This document shows, piece after piece, positions 12,001 through 19,932 of a stretch of 20,000 bases of DNA. Positions within the stretch are counted from its first letter, which is position 1. Every line of letters starts with the position of its first letter. The DNA comes from Perkinsus olseni (Eukaryota), in NCBI GenBank assembly GCA_013115125.1, contig JABANN010000124.1, positions 47,462-67,461 on the forward strand. Direction: 5' to 3'. The notes under the pieces were generated by a model. The model had not been told where the DNA came from. It did no database searches and saw only the letters and a program-made list of their open reading frames with translations. The position numbers were made by a program, and so were the translations under genes.

Positions 12001-13888
12001 AGGTGTTGAATTATCTCGGAGCACAGATCAATTATGGCGGCCGAGTCACTGATGATAAGGACAAACGCCTTATCAACTGTATCCTCACTACCTATTGCTG
12101 TGAGAGCCTCGTGACCAGCTGCAGCCAGTACAAGTTCTCGGACTCTGGCGTCTACTACTGCCCAGACGAGGCCGTATTTGTGGATGACTTTATCAAGTAC
12201 ATTCTCACTCTACCACTCAATCCAGCTCCTGAGGCCTTCGGTATGCACGAGAACTGCAATATCACCTGCGCTCAGGCAGAGGCTGAGAACCTTTTGGCTG
12301 GTGAGTCTCCTTATTGCTACGTTCCCTCCGTTCTAGAGCGTATCTATTATAGACTGGATTGATTCAGGGATGCTCGAGATGGCCCCGTCTGGAGCCGGCG
12401 AGGGCGGTGGCAAGACGGTCGAGGAGATGATAGACGAGACCGCCGCCCAAATTCAGGAGAAGACCCCGGCGGTCATCGACTTTGACCTCGTGGATGAACT
12501 ATATCCTACCAAGTAAGAGAGCTGCTCTGGCAGGAGCATGGCGACACTGCTTACTGAGCTGGATCCTCATGGCCTTGTTTTAGATACGAGGAGTCCTTGA
12601 ATACTGTCCTTAAACAGGAGGTGCTGCGGTACAACAGGTTGATCGATATTATGGTATCCAGTCTGAAGGAGCTACGAAAGGCCTTGAAGGGTCTTGTCGC
12701 CATGAGTGCCGAGCTGGAGACGGCTAGTCATCAACTATTCGCCAATACGGTAATGCAGCGGCTGCAGTGCTACCAGTATGGCTTCGCTAGTCGTAGCTGG
12801 ATTTCAACTTGGCTTGTTTAGTAAACACTGTCCACTTAAGGTCTTTAGTGGACACTTTAAGAGTCTCGCAGTCATCTTTGAAAGCCTCATTCGTGTACCA
12901 TATTCAGGTTCCCGACATGTGGGCCGAATTGGGCTTCCTGTCCATGAAGCCCCTGAGCAGCTGGATCAACGACTTGGTGGACAGGATAGCCTTCCTTAAC
13001 CAGTGGATCGAACACGGCACACCCAAAGCTTTCTGGATGAGCGGCCTGTGAGTGGAGGGGAGGCATACCCTTTTGATACCCAATCTTCCGTGTATCGTCA
13101 CTCGTATACGTACCGGAAACAGATGACGGAATATGAAGGTCTTCGTTCCCTCGTAGGTTCTTCCCTCAAGCATTCCTCACCGGCTGTCTACAGAACTACG
13201 CCAGGAAGTTCACTCTTGAGATCGACAGGCTCCAATTTGGGTTTATGTGTCTAGACATCTCCAAACCTGAGCAAGTCTCAGAGGCGCCTGGACACGGAGC
13301 GTACGTCTTAGTGTTCTCCTCCACGGCCGCCACGCCGCACTGGTCCAGGTACGTGTACGGCCTCTTCCTCGAGGGTTGTCGGTGGGACCCCCAGGCAAGG
13401 CTCTTGAGTGAAAGCTTGCCTAAGGAACTGTAAGTGTTGACCTCTGCCCGGAGGAGACAGCGGGTTGTGTCGCCGTGGAGGAGGATCCCTCGCCAGCGGG
13501 CCGAGAGCTTTGCTTCTTGTAGTTACAATGAGCTGCCTATTATACATTTCTTACCCGAGGTTGACCGTGAGAAGCCTTCCAACGCCTACATGTGTCCGAC
13601 CTACAAGGTCCTCTCGAGAAGGGGAACTTTATCGACGACAGGCCACAGTACCAATTTCGTCCAGTAAGTTGGGCCTCTCGCCGATGCACGCAGCGTTTAG
13701 GGCGCGCGCTAAATGCATTCGACATTTGGCTGTGGGGTCGCGCGGTTCGCTTAGCAGCCGGATCGGCTTCCTGAGAGGGCCGAGAGCAGAGATCTGTGCC
13801 CCCTAGGTACCTTGAGCTTCCTAGCGATCGTCCTCAAGACGTGTGGATCCGAGCAGGCGTGGCGGCTTTCCTCTCGCTCAAATTTTGA
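1..13888 (+). CDS. DNAH1: Axonemal inner-arm dynein heavy chain, DNAH1-like (5' end outside window), 35 exons in window
   Basis: Manual splicing at GT-AG introns gives one continuous frame. Exons: 1-93, 183-2216, 2286-2535, 2606-2841, 2886-3011, 3055-3371, 3421-3539, 3591-3726, 3773-3995, 4046-4211, 4265-4435, 4477-4604, 4655-4780, 4995-5154, 5204-5304, 5349-6662, 6719-6861, 6916-7006, 7051-7182, 7590-8455, 8510-8615, 8664-8839, 8890-8954, 9014-9141, 9190-9362, 9413-9527, 9572-9654, 9701-12300, 12368-12512, 12584-12749, 12908-13047, 13157-13300, 13349-13429, 13523-13663, 13807-13888 (TGA 13886-13888). Motifs: linker WMYLQPIF and [21 protein letters not shown]1 GPAGTGKT and [12 protein letters not shown]2 [11 protein letters not shown]3 GPTGTGKS and DDLNMP; AAA4 GVGGSGRQ; stalk/MTBD; AAA5 [12 protein letters not shown]6 [12 protein letters not shown]-terminal [15 protein letters not shown], typical of single-headed inner-arm dyneins. 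The dynein call is near certain. The DNAH1 subclass rests on recalled similarity of the tail region and is less certain. Confidence 0.93.
105..173 (-). pseudogene. Degenerate tRNA-like / tRNA-derived (SINE-like) relic, antisense in dynein intron 94-182
   Basis: The minus strand has a B-box/T-loop GGTTCGATCCC (120-130). It is preceded by a 5-bp stem TTCGA/TCGAA (139-154) and a 5-nt variable-loop-like AGGGC, and followed by CCCCGAC and TTTTT (105-109). The D-arm and acceptor stem are poor. Confidence 0.3.
3530..3604 (+). other. Dynein AAA1 Walker A (GPAGTGKT), split by intron 3540-3590
   Basis: GGG CCG GCT G|gt...ag|GT ACG GGT AAG ACT. Confidence 0.9.
7183..7589 (+). other. Longest dynein intron (407 nt), containing a perfect 10-bp hairpin at 7240-7263
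   Basis: Boundaries are CAG|GTC...CAG|GTC and the flanking frame joins [16 protein letters not shown]. Hairpin: TCTCTGTCGA-ACCA-TCGACAGAGA. Confidence 0.8.
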
Positions 13889-14264
13889 GGTTGAAGGGCC
13901 TTGAGTGCTCGAGGAGCGGCTCCTGTCGCCCTTGGAGGGCAGCATGTTCGATAATCGTCTATGATGTGGCCAGACGTACTCGTGAGGTTCCTGTGGTGTT
14001 GAGTGGAACATTGCAGTAGGGACAGCTTACACAATGAGGCGGCATAGTGGCTCGCCTCCTGGCTTTGCTCGCGCGTCACAACCCCCCCGAAGCTTCTGCA
14101 CGCATGCACAAACATGAGACGGGGGCGGCTTGTGGAGCCTTAAGTTAGCTACCACTCCATCCAGTACTCGTGCATAGCTGGGGTCGGAGAGTCACGGTTG
14201 TCTGCGGTGGTACGGCAGTAGCTAGTGTCACTCAGACGTGGAGGGCTAATCAGTTTCGCCTCGC

Positions 14265-14273
14265 TTAGGGTTT
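14265..14273 (-). promoter_or_regulatory. Telo-box-like motif AAACCCTAA upstream of eEF3
   Basis: TTAGGGTTT(AG) on +, about 130-140 nt upstream of the eEF3 ATG. It is a single 9-mer and any function is inferred only. Confidence 0.25.
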
Positions 14274-14323
14274 AGCGGGGACTTTTAACGATTGGAGTGG
14301 TACGCGGTTCTCGTGTGATATAA

Positions 14324-14398
14324 TTTCTTCCTCTCAGGCTTTGTCTGTTTCTCTACGTTCCTCTCTTTGTTCCTTCTCCCCAAGTAAACTCCTCCAAG
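14324..14398 (+). promoter_or_regulatory. Long polypyrimidine tract with AG acceptors upstream of eEF3 (candidate spliced-leader trans-splice or 5'UTR intron acceptor)
   Basis: About 60 nt of mostly C/T (TTTCTTCCTCTCAG...TTCCTCTCTTTGTTCCTTCTCCCCAAG), with AG at 14336-7, 14383-4 and 14397-8, just before the ATG at 14405. Confidence 0.5.
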
Positions 14399-14404
14399 AT
14401 CGCT

Positions 14405-17400
14405 ATGTCTGTATCTACTACGGTTTCCGTGCCCATAACGTTTCACCCCAAGACCTCGGAGCTGCTTAGCCAGCACTGCGTCGTCGACAACGCCCTCAGT
14501 AGCGCCGCAGGTGCTGGTGCTGCCGCTGCCGAGAAGGCTCTCCTCGAGGTGGTCAACCTTTGCCAGGAATACTCCCACTCCTTTGAGCCTATCGGTTTTG
14601 CCCTCTTGCCTCAAGTTTTCCTCCTTCACGCCCACAAGAAGTCTCCTGTGGTGAAGGCGGCCAAGGCAGCTGCCGACGCCATCATCGGCCTCGTCACTGA
14701 GGAACGATCGGCTGTCGCAGTCGCCCTCGTTAAGGATGTTGTTGTTGATGCCATCAAGTCTGAGAAGTATCAGGCTCAGCAGGCTGCCCTCATCGCCCTT
14801 ACTAAAATCGTCAAGGTCTGCGGTGTTGCCTTGTCCATGTATTTGGATGAGATTTTGCCCGTGGTTTGCACTGTCATCCATCACATCAAGGCCCCTGTCA
14901 AGCAGGCTGCTCGCGAGTGTCTCGAGGCTCTCTGCCTTACCAACGGTAACCGCGATATCCAGCCCTTCGTCCCTACTCTAGTCTCGGCTCTTATCAACGC
15001 CAATGAGCTCTCGGAGGCCATCCACTCTCTGGGTGCTACTACTTTCGTTCAACAAGTCGAGTTGCCCCCTCTGGCTGTGATCGAGCCTCTGCTTGTCCGT
15101 GCCCTCAAGGACACCTCGACCAAGACTGATATCAAGCGTAAGGTCTTCGTTATCGTTGACAACATGTGCAAGCTGATTGATGATCCCTCTCACTGCCGTC
15201 CCTTCGAAGGCGACATGCTCGAGCTCCTCGACAGGGCCCGTGAGGAGGTCTCCGATCCCGAGGCTCGTGATGTCGCTACTCGTGCCTATCGTACCCTCAA
15301 GAGGTTGTCTGAGACTGCTGCCGACAACGCCCAGAAGGCTGTCACTCTGGATGAGGACACTGTTGCCGCCACCGCCCGTGGTGTTTTGGCCAGGACCGCT
15401 CCTGCTCTCCTCGAGGACGTCTCTTACTGCTGCTTTAAGCCCTTCTGCACCGTTGCTCAGCATCTGGCCAAGGCCAACATGTGGACTGATGAGCAGTGGG
15501 CCGCTTGTCTCAACGACTATTTGTCTCTTTTCACTGAGGATTCCGAGGCCGGAGTCCTCGATGTGAGGGATGCTCTCAAGGAGCGTCGTGAGGAAGAGGC
15601 TTCTAAGAAGAACAAGGCCCCCGTTGAGGACGAGGAAGAGGAGGGTGAGGATCTGTGTAACTGCGAGTTCTCTCTCGCCTACGGTGCCATGACTCTTCTG
15701 GTCAACACCCGTCTCCACTTGAAACGTGGTCATCGCTACGGTATTGTTGGCCCCAACGGTGTCGGTAAGTCCACTCTGCTCAAGGCCATCGGCAACAACC
15801 AGGTCGAAGGCTTCCCTCCGCCGGAGGAGCTCAGGACTGTCTATCTCGCTCATGATATTGATGGTGAGATGGGAGAAATCTCCGTCCTTGAGTTCCTTAT
15901 GAGCTCCGAGGCTGTGCAAGAGGTCGGCAACGGTGACCGCGAGACTTGTGTTGCCAAGTTGGACGAGCTAGACTTCACTAAGGAGCTCCAGAGGAAGAAG
16001 GTTTCCGAGCTCTCTGGTGGCTGGAAGATGAAGCTGTCCTTGGCTGAGGCTATGCTTCGTAAGGCTGATATTCTTATGCTTGATGAGCCTACTAACCATC
16101 TTGATGTTGGCAATGTTGCCTGGCTCGAGAATTACCTCAACGGTCTGGACAACGTCACCTGCATGATCGTTTCCCATGACAGCGGTTTCCTCGACAACGT
16201 CGCTACCAACATCATCCACTACGAGAACAGGAAGTTGGTCACCTACAAGGGTAACCTTTCCGAGTTCATCAAGTGCAAGCCTGAGGCTAAGTCCTACTAC
16301 GACCTCGGTGAGGTTGTTGATGAGTGGACCCTCCCCAACCCTGGATTCCTTGATGGTGTCAAGACCAAGGGTAAGGCTATCGTGAAGATGACCAACGTCT
16401 CCTTCCAGTACCCTGGTTCTGAGAAGAAGCAGATCGATAATATCACTCTCGGTGTCTCTCTTGGTTCAAGGGTTGCTGTCGTCGGTCCCAATGGTGCCGG
16501 AAAGTCTACTTGCATCAAGCTCCTTACTGGTGAGCTGAAGCCCTCTTCTGGCGTCGTGTGGAAGCATCAGAACATGCGTTTGGCCTACCTTGCCCAGCAC
16601 GCTTTCCATCATATTGAGACCAAGCTCGATTTGACCCCGGTCCAGTACATCCTTCAGCGTTATGAGGGTGGTATTGATAAGGAGGATGTCACCAAGGTCG
16701 GGCGTGAGACCACGGAAGAGGAGGAAGCTCTCCAGAAATCCAAGATTGAGATCAGTGTTGAGGGCGCTGGCAAGGAGAAGCGTGTCATTGATCGCATCGT
16801 TCAACGACGTAAGGCGAAGAACAACTACGAGTATCTCGTCAGATGGCAGAACAAGAGTGCCGAAGATGACACTTGGATGGAGCGTGAGAAGCTCATGGCC
16901 CTCGGTTTCCGTGCCCAGATCCTTAGGATTGATGAGCAGGAAGCTGTTAAGCTCGGATTGATGCGCCCTCTCATCACCTCCGAGGTTGAGAAGCACTTGA
17001 AGAACCTTGGTCTTGACCCTGAGTTCGCCACTCATAACCGTATGAGAGGTCTCTCCGGTGGTCAGAAGGTTAAGGTTGTTCTTGCCGCTGCCACTTGGAA
17101 TCTTCCTCATGTCATCGTCTTGGATGAGCCTACCAACTACCTCGACCGTGATTCCCAGGCTTCGCTCACTAAGGCCCTTAACGAGTTCGAGGGTGGCGTC
17201 TTGATCGTCTCGCATAACAAGGACTTCACTGATCGCATCTGCAAGGAGCAGTGGGTCCTTCACGACGGTAAGCTCAAGCGTGAGGGTGAGCTTGGCACTG
17301 AGATCACTGAGAAGCAAGAGGACAAGACTGCTGATGATGATTTGTACGATGCCATGGGCAACAAGATCCAGAAGAAGAAGAAGTTGACCGCCAAGCAGAT

Positions 17401-17482
17401 CAAGCAGAAGAAGAAGGATCGTCTTGCGAGGTGGAAGGCTGGCGAGGAGCTCTCCGAGTGGTCTGGTGATGAATTGTTCTAA
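14405..17482 (+). CDS. YEF3: Translation elongation factor 3 (eEF3; ABCF-family ribosome-dependent ATPase), 1025 aa, intronless
   Basis: N-terminal HEAT repeats (LGATTFVQQV, VIVDNMCKLIDDP, DPEARDV) and the eEF3 signature EGEDLCNCEFSLAYG. ABC1: GPNGVGKST / LSGGWKMK / LDEPTNHLD / VSHDSGFLD. ABC2: GPNGAGKST / LSGGQKVKVV / LDEPTNYLD, with a chromodomain insert (YEYLVRW...DTW, about 16775-16894). Lys-rich C-terminal tail after DAMGNK. No transmembrane domain. Confidence 0.95.
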   Translation: MSVSTTVSVPITFHPKTSELLSQHCVVDNALSSAAGAGAAAAEKALLEVVNLCQEYSHSFEPIGFALLPQVFLLHAHKKSPVVKAAKAAADAIIGLVTEERSAVAVALVKDVVVDAIKSEKYQAQQAALIALTKIVKVCGVALSMYLDEILPVVCTVIHHIKAPVKQAARECLEALCLTNGNRDIQPFVPTLVSALINANELSEAIHSLGATTFVQQVELPPLAVIEPLLVRALKDTSTKTDIKRKVFVIVDNMCKLIDDPSHCRPFEGDMLELLDRAREEVSDPEARDVATRAYRTLKRLSETAADNAQKAVTLDEDTVAATARGVLARTAPALLEDVSYCCFKPFCTVAQHLAKANMWTDEQWAACLNDYLSLFTEDSEAGVLDVRDALKERREEEASKKNKAPVEDEEEEGEDLCNCEFSLAYGAMTLLVNTRLHLKRGHRYGIVGPNGVGKSTLLKAIGNNQVEGFPPPEELRTVYLAHDIDGEMGEISVLEFLMSSEAVQEVGNGDRETCVAKLDELDFTKELQRKKVSELSGGWKMKLSLAEAMLRKADILMLDEPTNHLDVGNVAWLENYLNGLDNVTCMIVSHDSGFLDNVATNIIHYENRKLVTYKGNLSEFIKCKPEAKSYYDLGEVVDEWTLPNPGFLDGVKTKGKAIVKMTNVSFQYPGSEKKQIDNITLGVSLGSRVAVVGPNGAGKSTCIKLLTGELKPSSGVVWKHQNMRLAYLAQHAFHHIETKLDLTPVQYILQRYEGGIDKEDVTKVGRETTEEEEALQKSKIEISVEGAGKEKRVIDRIVQRRKAKNNYEYLVRWQNKSAEDDTWMEREKLMALGFRAQILRIDEQEAVKLGLMRPLITSEVEKHLKNLGLDPEFATHNRMRGLSGGQKVKVVLAAATWNLPHVIVLDEPTNYLDRDSQASLTKALNEFEGGVLIVSHNKDFTDRICKEQWVLHDGKLKREGELGTEITEKQEDKTADDDLYDAMGNKIQKKKKLTAKQIKQKKKDRLARWKAGEELSEWSGDELF

Positions 17483-18015
17483 ACTGTTCGTCTCCCCTGT
17501 GAAGTGAAGGGTTTGTACGGTCTACGACTGTAGTAGTGCAGTACATCATGATCTCCACCAAGTCTATATTCTCCGAATTATATATGTGTTAAACAAAAGG
17601 AACTGTTCCGCACTAACCTAATTCATTACTGATGTATTGGGATATCTTATTGAGGATGTTCTTTGCTCAGCAGCTGTATATTCGGCATTTTCATGCCGCC
17701 CACTTTTCCCTGCTCAGCTGCTGTGAAACAGACAGCTTAGACAGCCACTACGTTGAACGATTTACTACGGAAGTTCTCGTCTATTGCGTTCAGATAACTC
17801 ACCACAATCTCAAGATTCGACAGACCTTTTTCACACCGCAGTAATGTAATGAACACGTGCATGTTCGAGCTGTGAGCTTATGCGGCGTTTGCCCGATCAA
17901 CTACCAACTCCACACAATGATGAATCTAAATCAGTTGTAATGATTATCGTGCTCTCTCTCACTGCCAACATGAAACAACCGAAAAAATCATCACCGCTGA
18001 CGTTCTCCTGATCGA

Positions 18016-19788
18016 TCACGCTTCATGGCGTGGAATGCCGCGCGTCATCAGCTCCTCTTGCATTTTCTGTTTCGGGAGGAGAGGAGCCAGAGGGAGATGT
18101 CTCCTCTTGCCGCTGTCGAAGAATCTTCTCATGAGGAATAAATAACCCGGAGGCACGGCCCTTGGTTCATTGACGTAGAAGTGTATGCAAATGGCTAGGC
18201 AGATGCTGAAGATAGTAGTCCTCGGGACAGGTCCCAGCAAACGTCGACAGACACCGACTGAGTGAACCGCCTGGGCAAGTAGGAATATGGCAAGCTCTTG
18301 GCGCCTGTAAGGTTGTTCTAGGAGCAGAAGGGAGCCAGCTGCGAGCGACCCGAGCCAGATGTGAGAGGCGCCTACTCGCAAGGCGGTGATGAAGGTGGCA
18401 AGGAATGCTGAAGACCGCAGCAGACCAACGAAGCTTTCCTTATCCATGATCTCCCGGAGTTGGACACGGACAGCGGAGACGACAAGCCGTGGCAGAAGAT
18501 AGGTCGGAATGAGGGCCAGGAATGACTCCTTCAGCGCATTGGTGAACGATGTTACCACGGGCAGGACTCCTGGTGGCGGAGTATTGACGAGGCTCGAGAA
18601 GCGTCTGACGATGAATTCTACCAACCTAAGGGAGTCTCGAGTCCAACGGACTGCATGACTGCGAATGGCTCACTGAGGGTCGAGCTCCTCTCTTTTGTTA
18701 CGCCAACACCACAGTATACGGGCGACAGCACATGCCGAAGTGGCCACGGCCACAGCCCGATTGGATAACGCAGAGGCTTCGCGAGACTGAGAATGGTCGT
18801 AGTGGGACGACTGTGTAAGGCCTGTACTGACCCCAAGCTCAGCGAGTCCGTACACAGTCCTGACCAGGACGAACACAGCGACGTAGTATTGAGTGGAGTC
18901 CGATAGAGCCAGCAGCCAGGGACCTGTGGCAGGAGATGATTGAGTAGGGGGAGAGGGAAGTCCCAGGGTACCAGACAACAACCCGACCAGCCAGGCGAGT
19001 TGATGTCGGCGTTTGGCCGATCCAGCGAGGTACAAGAGGGTGTTGGTGGTGCTGACGAGGCCTCCGAAGAAGATGCCGCATCTCACATGAGACGGATGAA
19101 ATAACGCTCGACCGATCCCGGCAAGTCTGAGGAGGGTCTCTTCCCAACACTCTTGCCAGTCATAGGTTACCTCCCGACCGACTGCCCTCGAAGCAGGCTC
19201 GGTATGGCAGCACTCAGCGCCATCGCACCAGACGCTACGGCGGCGCCCTTCACGAAATTACGGAAGGCACAATGCTCGAGGGTAGGGTAGAGCTCGGGGG
19301 CATCATGCCATGGTCGGGCACCTCCTGATCGAGTGAAGATTCGAGTGGAGCCAGAGGGCGCCGCCTCACCGAGGCTGCGCGACCGATCCCCTCGATCACG
19401 AGGGTGCGTCCGCACTATAGTCAGGGGGCCTCCGTTCCTCCGGAGCTGAGTAGAAATAGACCGCGGGATGACGGATGGGCGAGAATACCTCTTGAGGCGC
19501 CACACGGGGGTCTTCCCAGAGATCACCTCCGCTACAGTCGGTCGACCAGCATTCGTCTTCCAGGTCCTGAGGGAGCAGGGGTATCTTTTGGCCCGTCGGT
19601 GACCATAGTCGACCTTCCATTCGGGTGCTAGCGTTCTCTCAGCCCAATCCACTAGAGTTTGACTAGCACTCCTACTGCTTGACAAGGCGGACTCCTCCGG
19701 TATAGGAGGGAGTCGACGAAGCTCCCTGACAGCGCTGTGGCGAGGCGGCAGCAGAGGAGACACCGGCTCACCCTGTTATGGCGGACAT
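18016..19788 (-). CDS. TMEM135 (PMP52)-like multi-pass membrane protein, spliced
   Basis: Predicted exons (minus): 19788-19772, 19725-19183 (alternative in-frame acceptor gives 19734), 19126-18972, 18923-18674, 18625-18016 (TGA). GT-AG introns of 46, 56, 48 and 48 nt join three ORF-track fragments into one frame. Two hydrophobic halves (RCGIFFGGLV.../RSSAFLATF) and LLLEQPYRRQELAIFLL resemble the TMEM135-family E-x-x-x-RR-x-ELA motif. The start exon and family name are less certain than the coding status. Confidence 0.65.
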
Positions 19789-19931
19789 GACGTTGAAGTC
19801 CATACCCCACTGATGAGGGGCTGGAAAGAGCGATGGAGCCATCCCACCGGGCGGAGGGAAAGCCATCCAGAATGGTGACAAAAAGGGTGACAAACTTCCA
19901 GTGGTGGGCACTACTAGGCGGGGGGCCCCCG

Positions 19932-19932
<1 letters not shown>

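Noticed and set aside
14097..14110. GCATGCA resembling the apicomplexan ApiAP2 TGCATGCA motif
   Set aside because: It is an imperfect single match that is expected by chance.
14378..14398. Relict spliced-leader copy (CCAAG repeats) before the eEF3 ATG
   Set aside because: Only the terminal CAAG matches the perkinsid/dinoflagellate SL; the CCGTAGCCAT core is absent.
14285..17317. Long antisense ORFs (199, 313 and 283 aa) opposite eEF3
   Set aside because: These are shadow ORFs. The biased eEF3 codon usage avoids TTA/CTA/TCA, removing antisense stops, and the peptides have no recognisable motifs.
17632..17844. 70-aa ORF downstream of eEF3
   Set aside because: It is AT-rich, lacks the codon bias of the real genes and has no motifs. 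It is likely 3'UTR or intergenic.
17917..18000. Possible C/D-box snoRNA (ATGATGA...CTGA on +; GTGATGA...CTGA on -) in the convergent intergenic region
   Set aside because: There is no convincing terminal stem or recognisable rRNA guide. Boxes appear on both strands in an ATG/TCA-rich 3'UTR-like region, consistent with chance. A snoscan run would be needed to revive it.
19837..19894. Short direct repeats AGCCATCC x2 and GGTGACAAA x2 upstream of the minus-strand gene
   Set aside because: They are only 8-9 nt with two copies each. The AGCCATC match to the SL core is too short and on the wrong strand for this gene. This is not an array or CRISPR.
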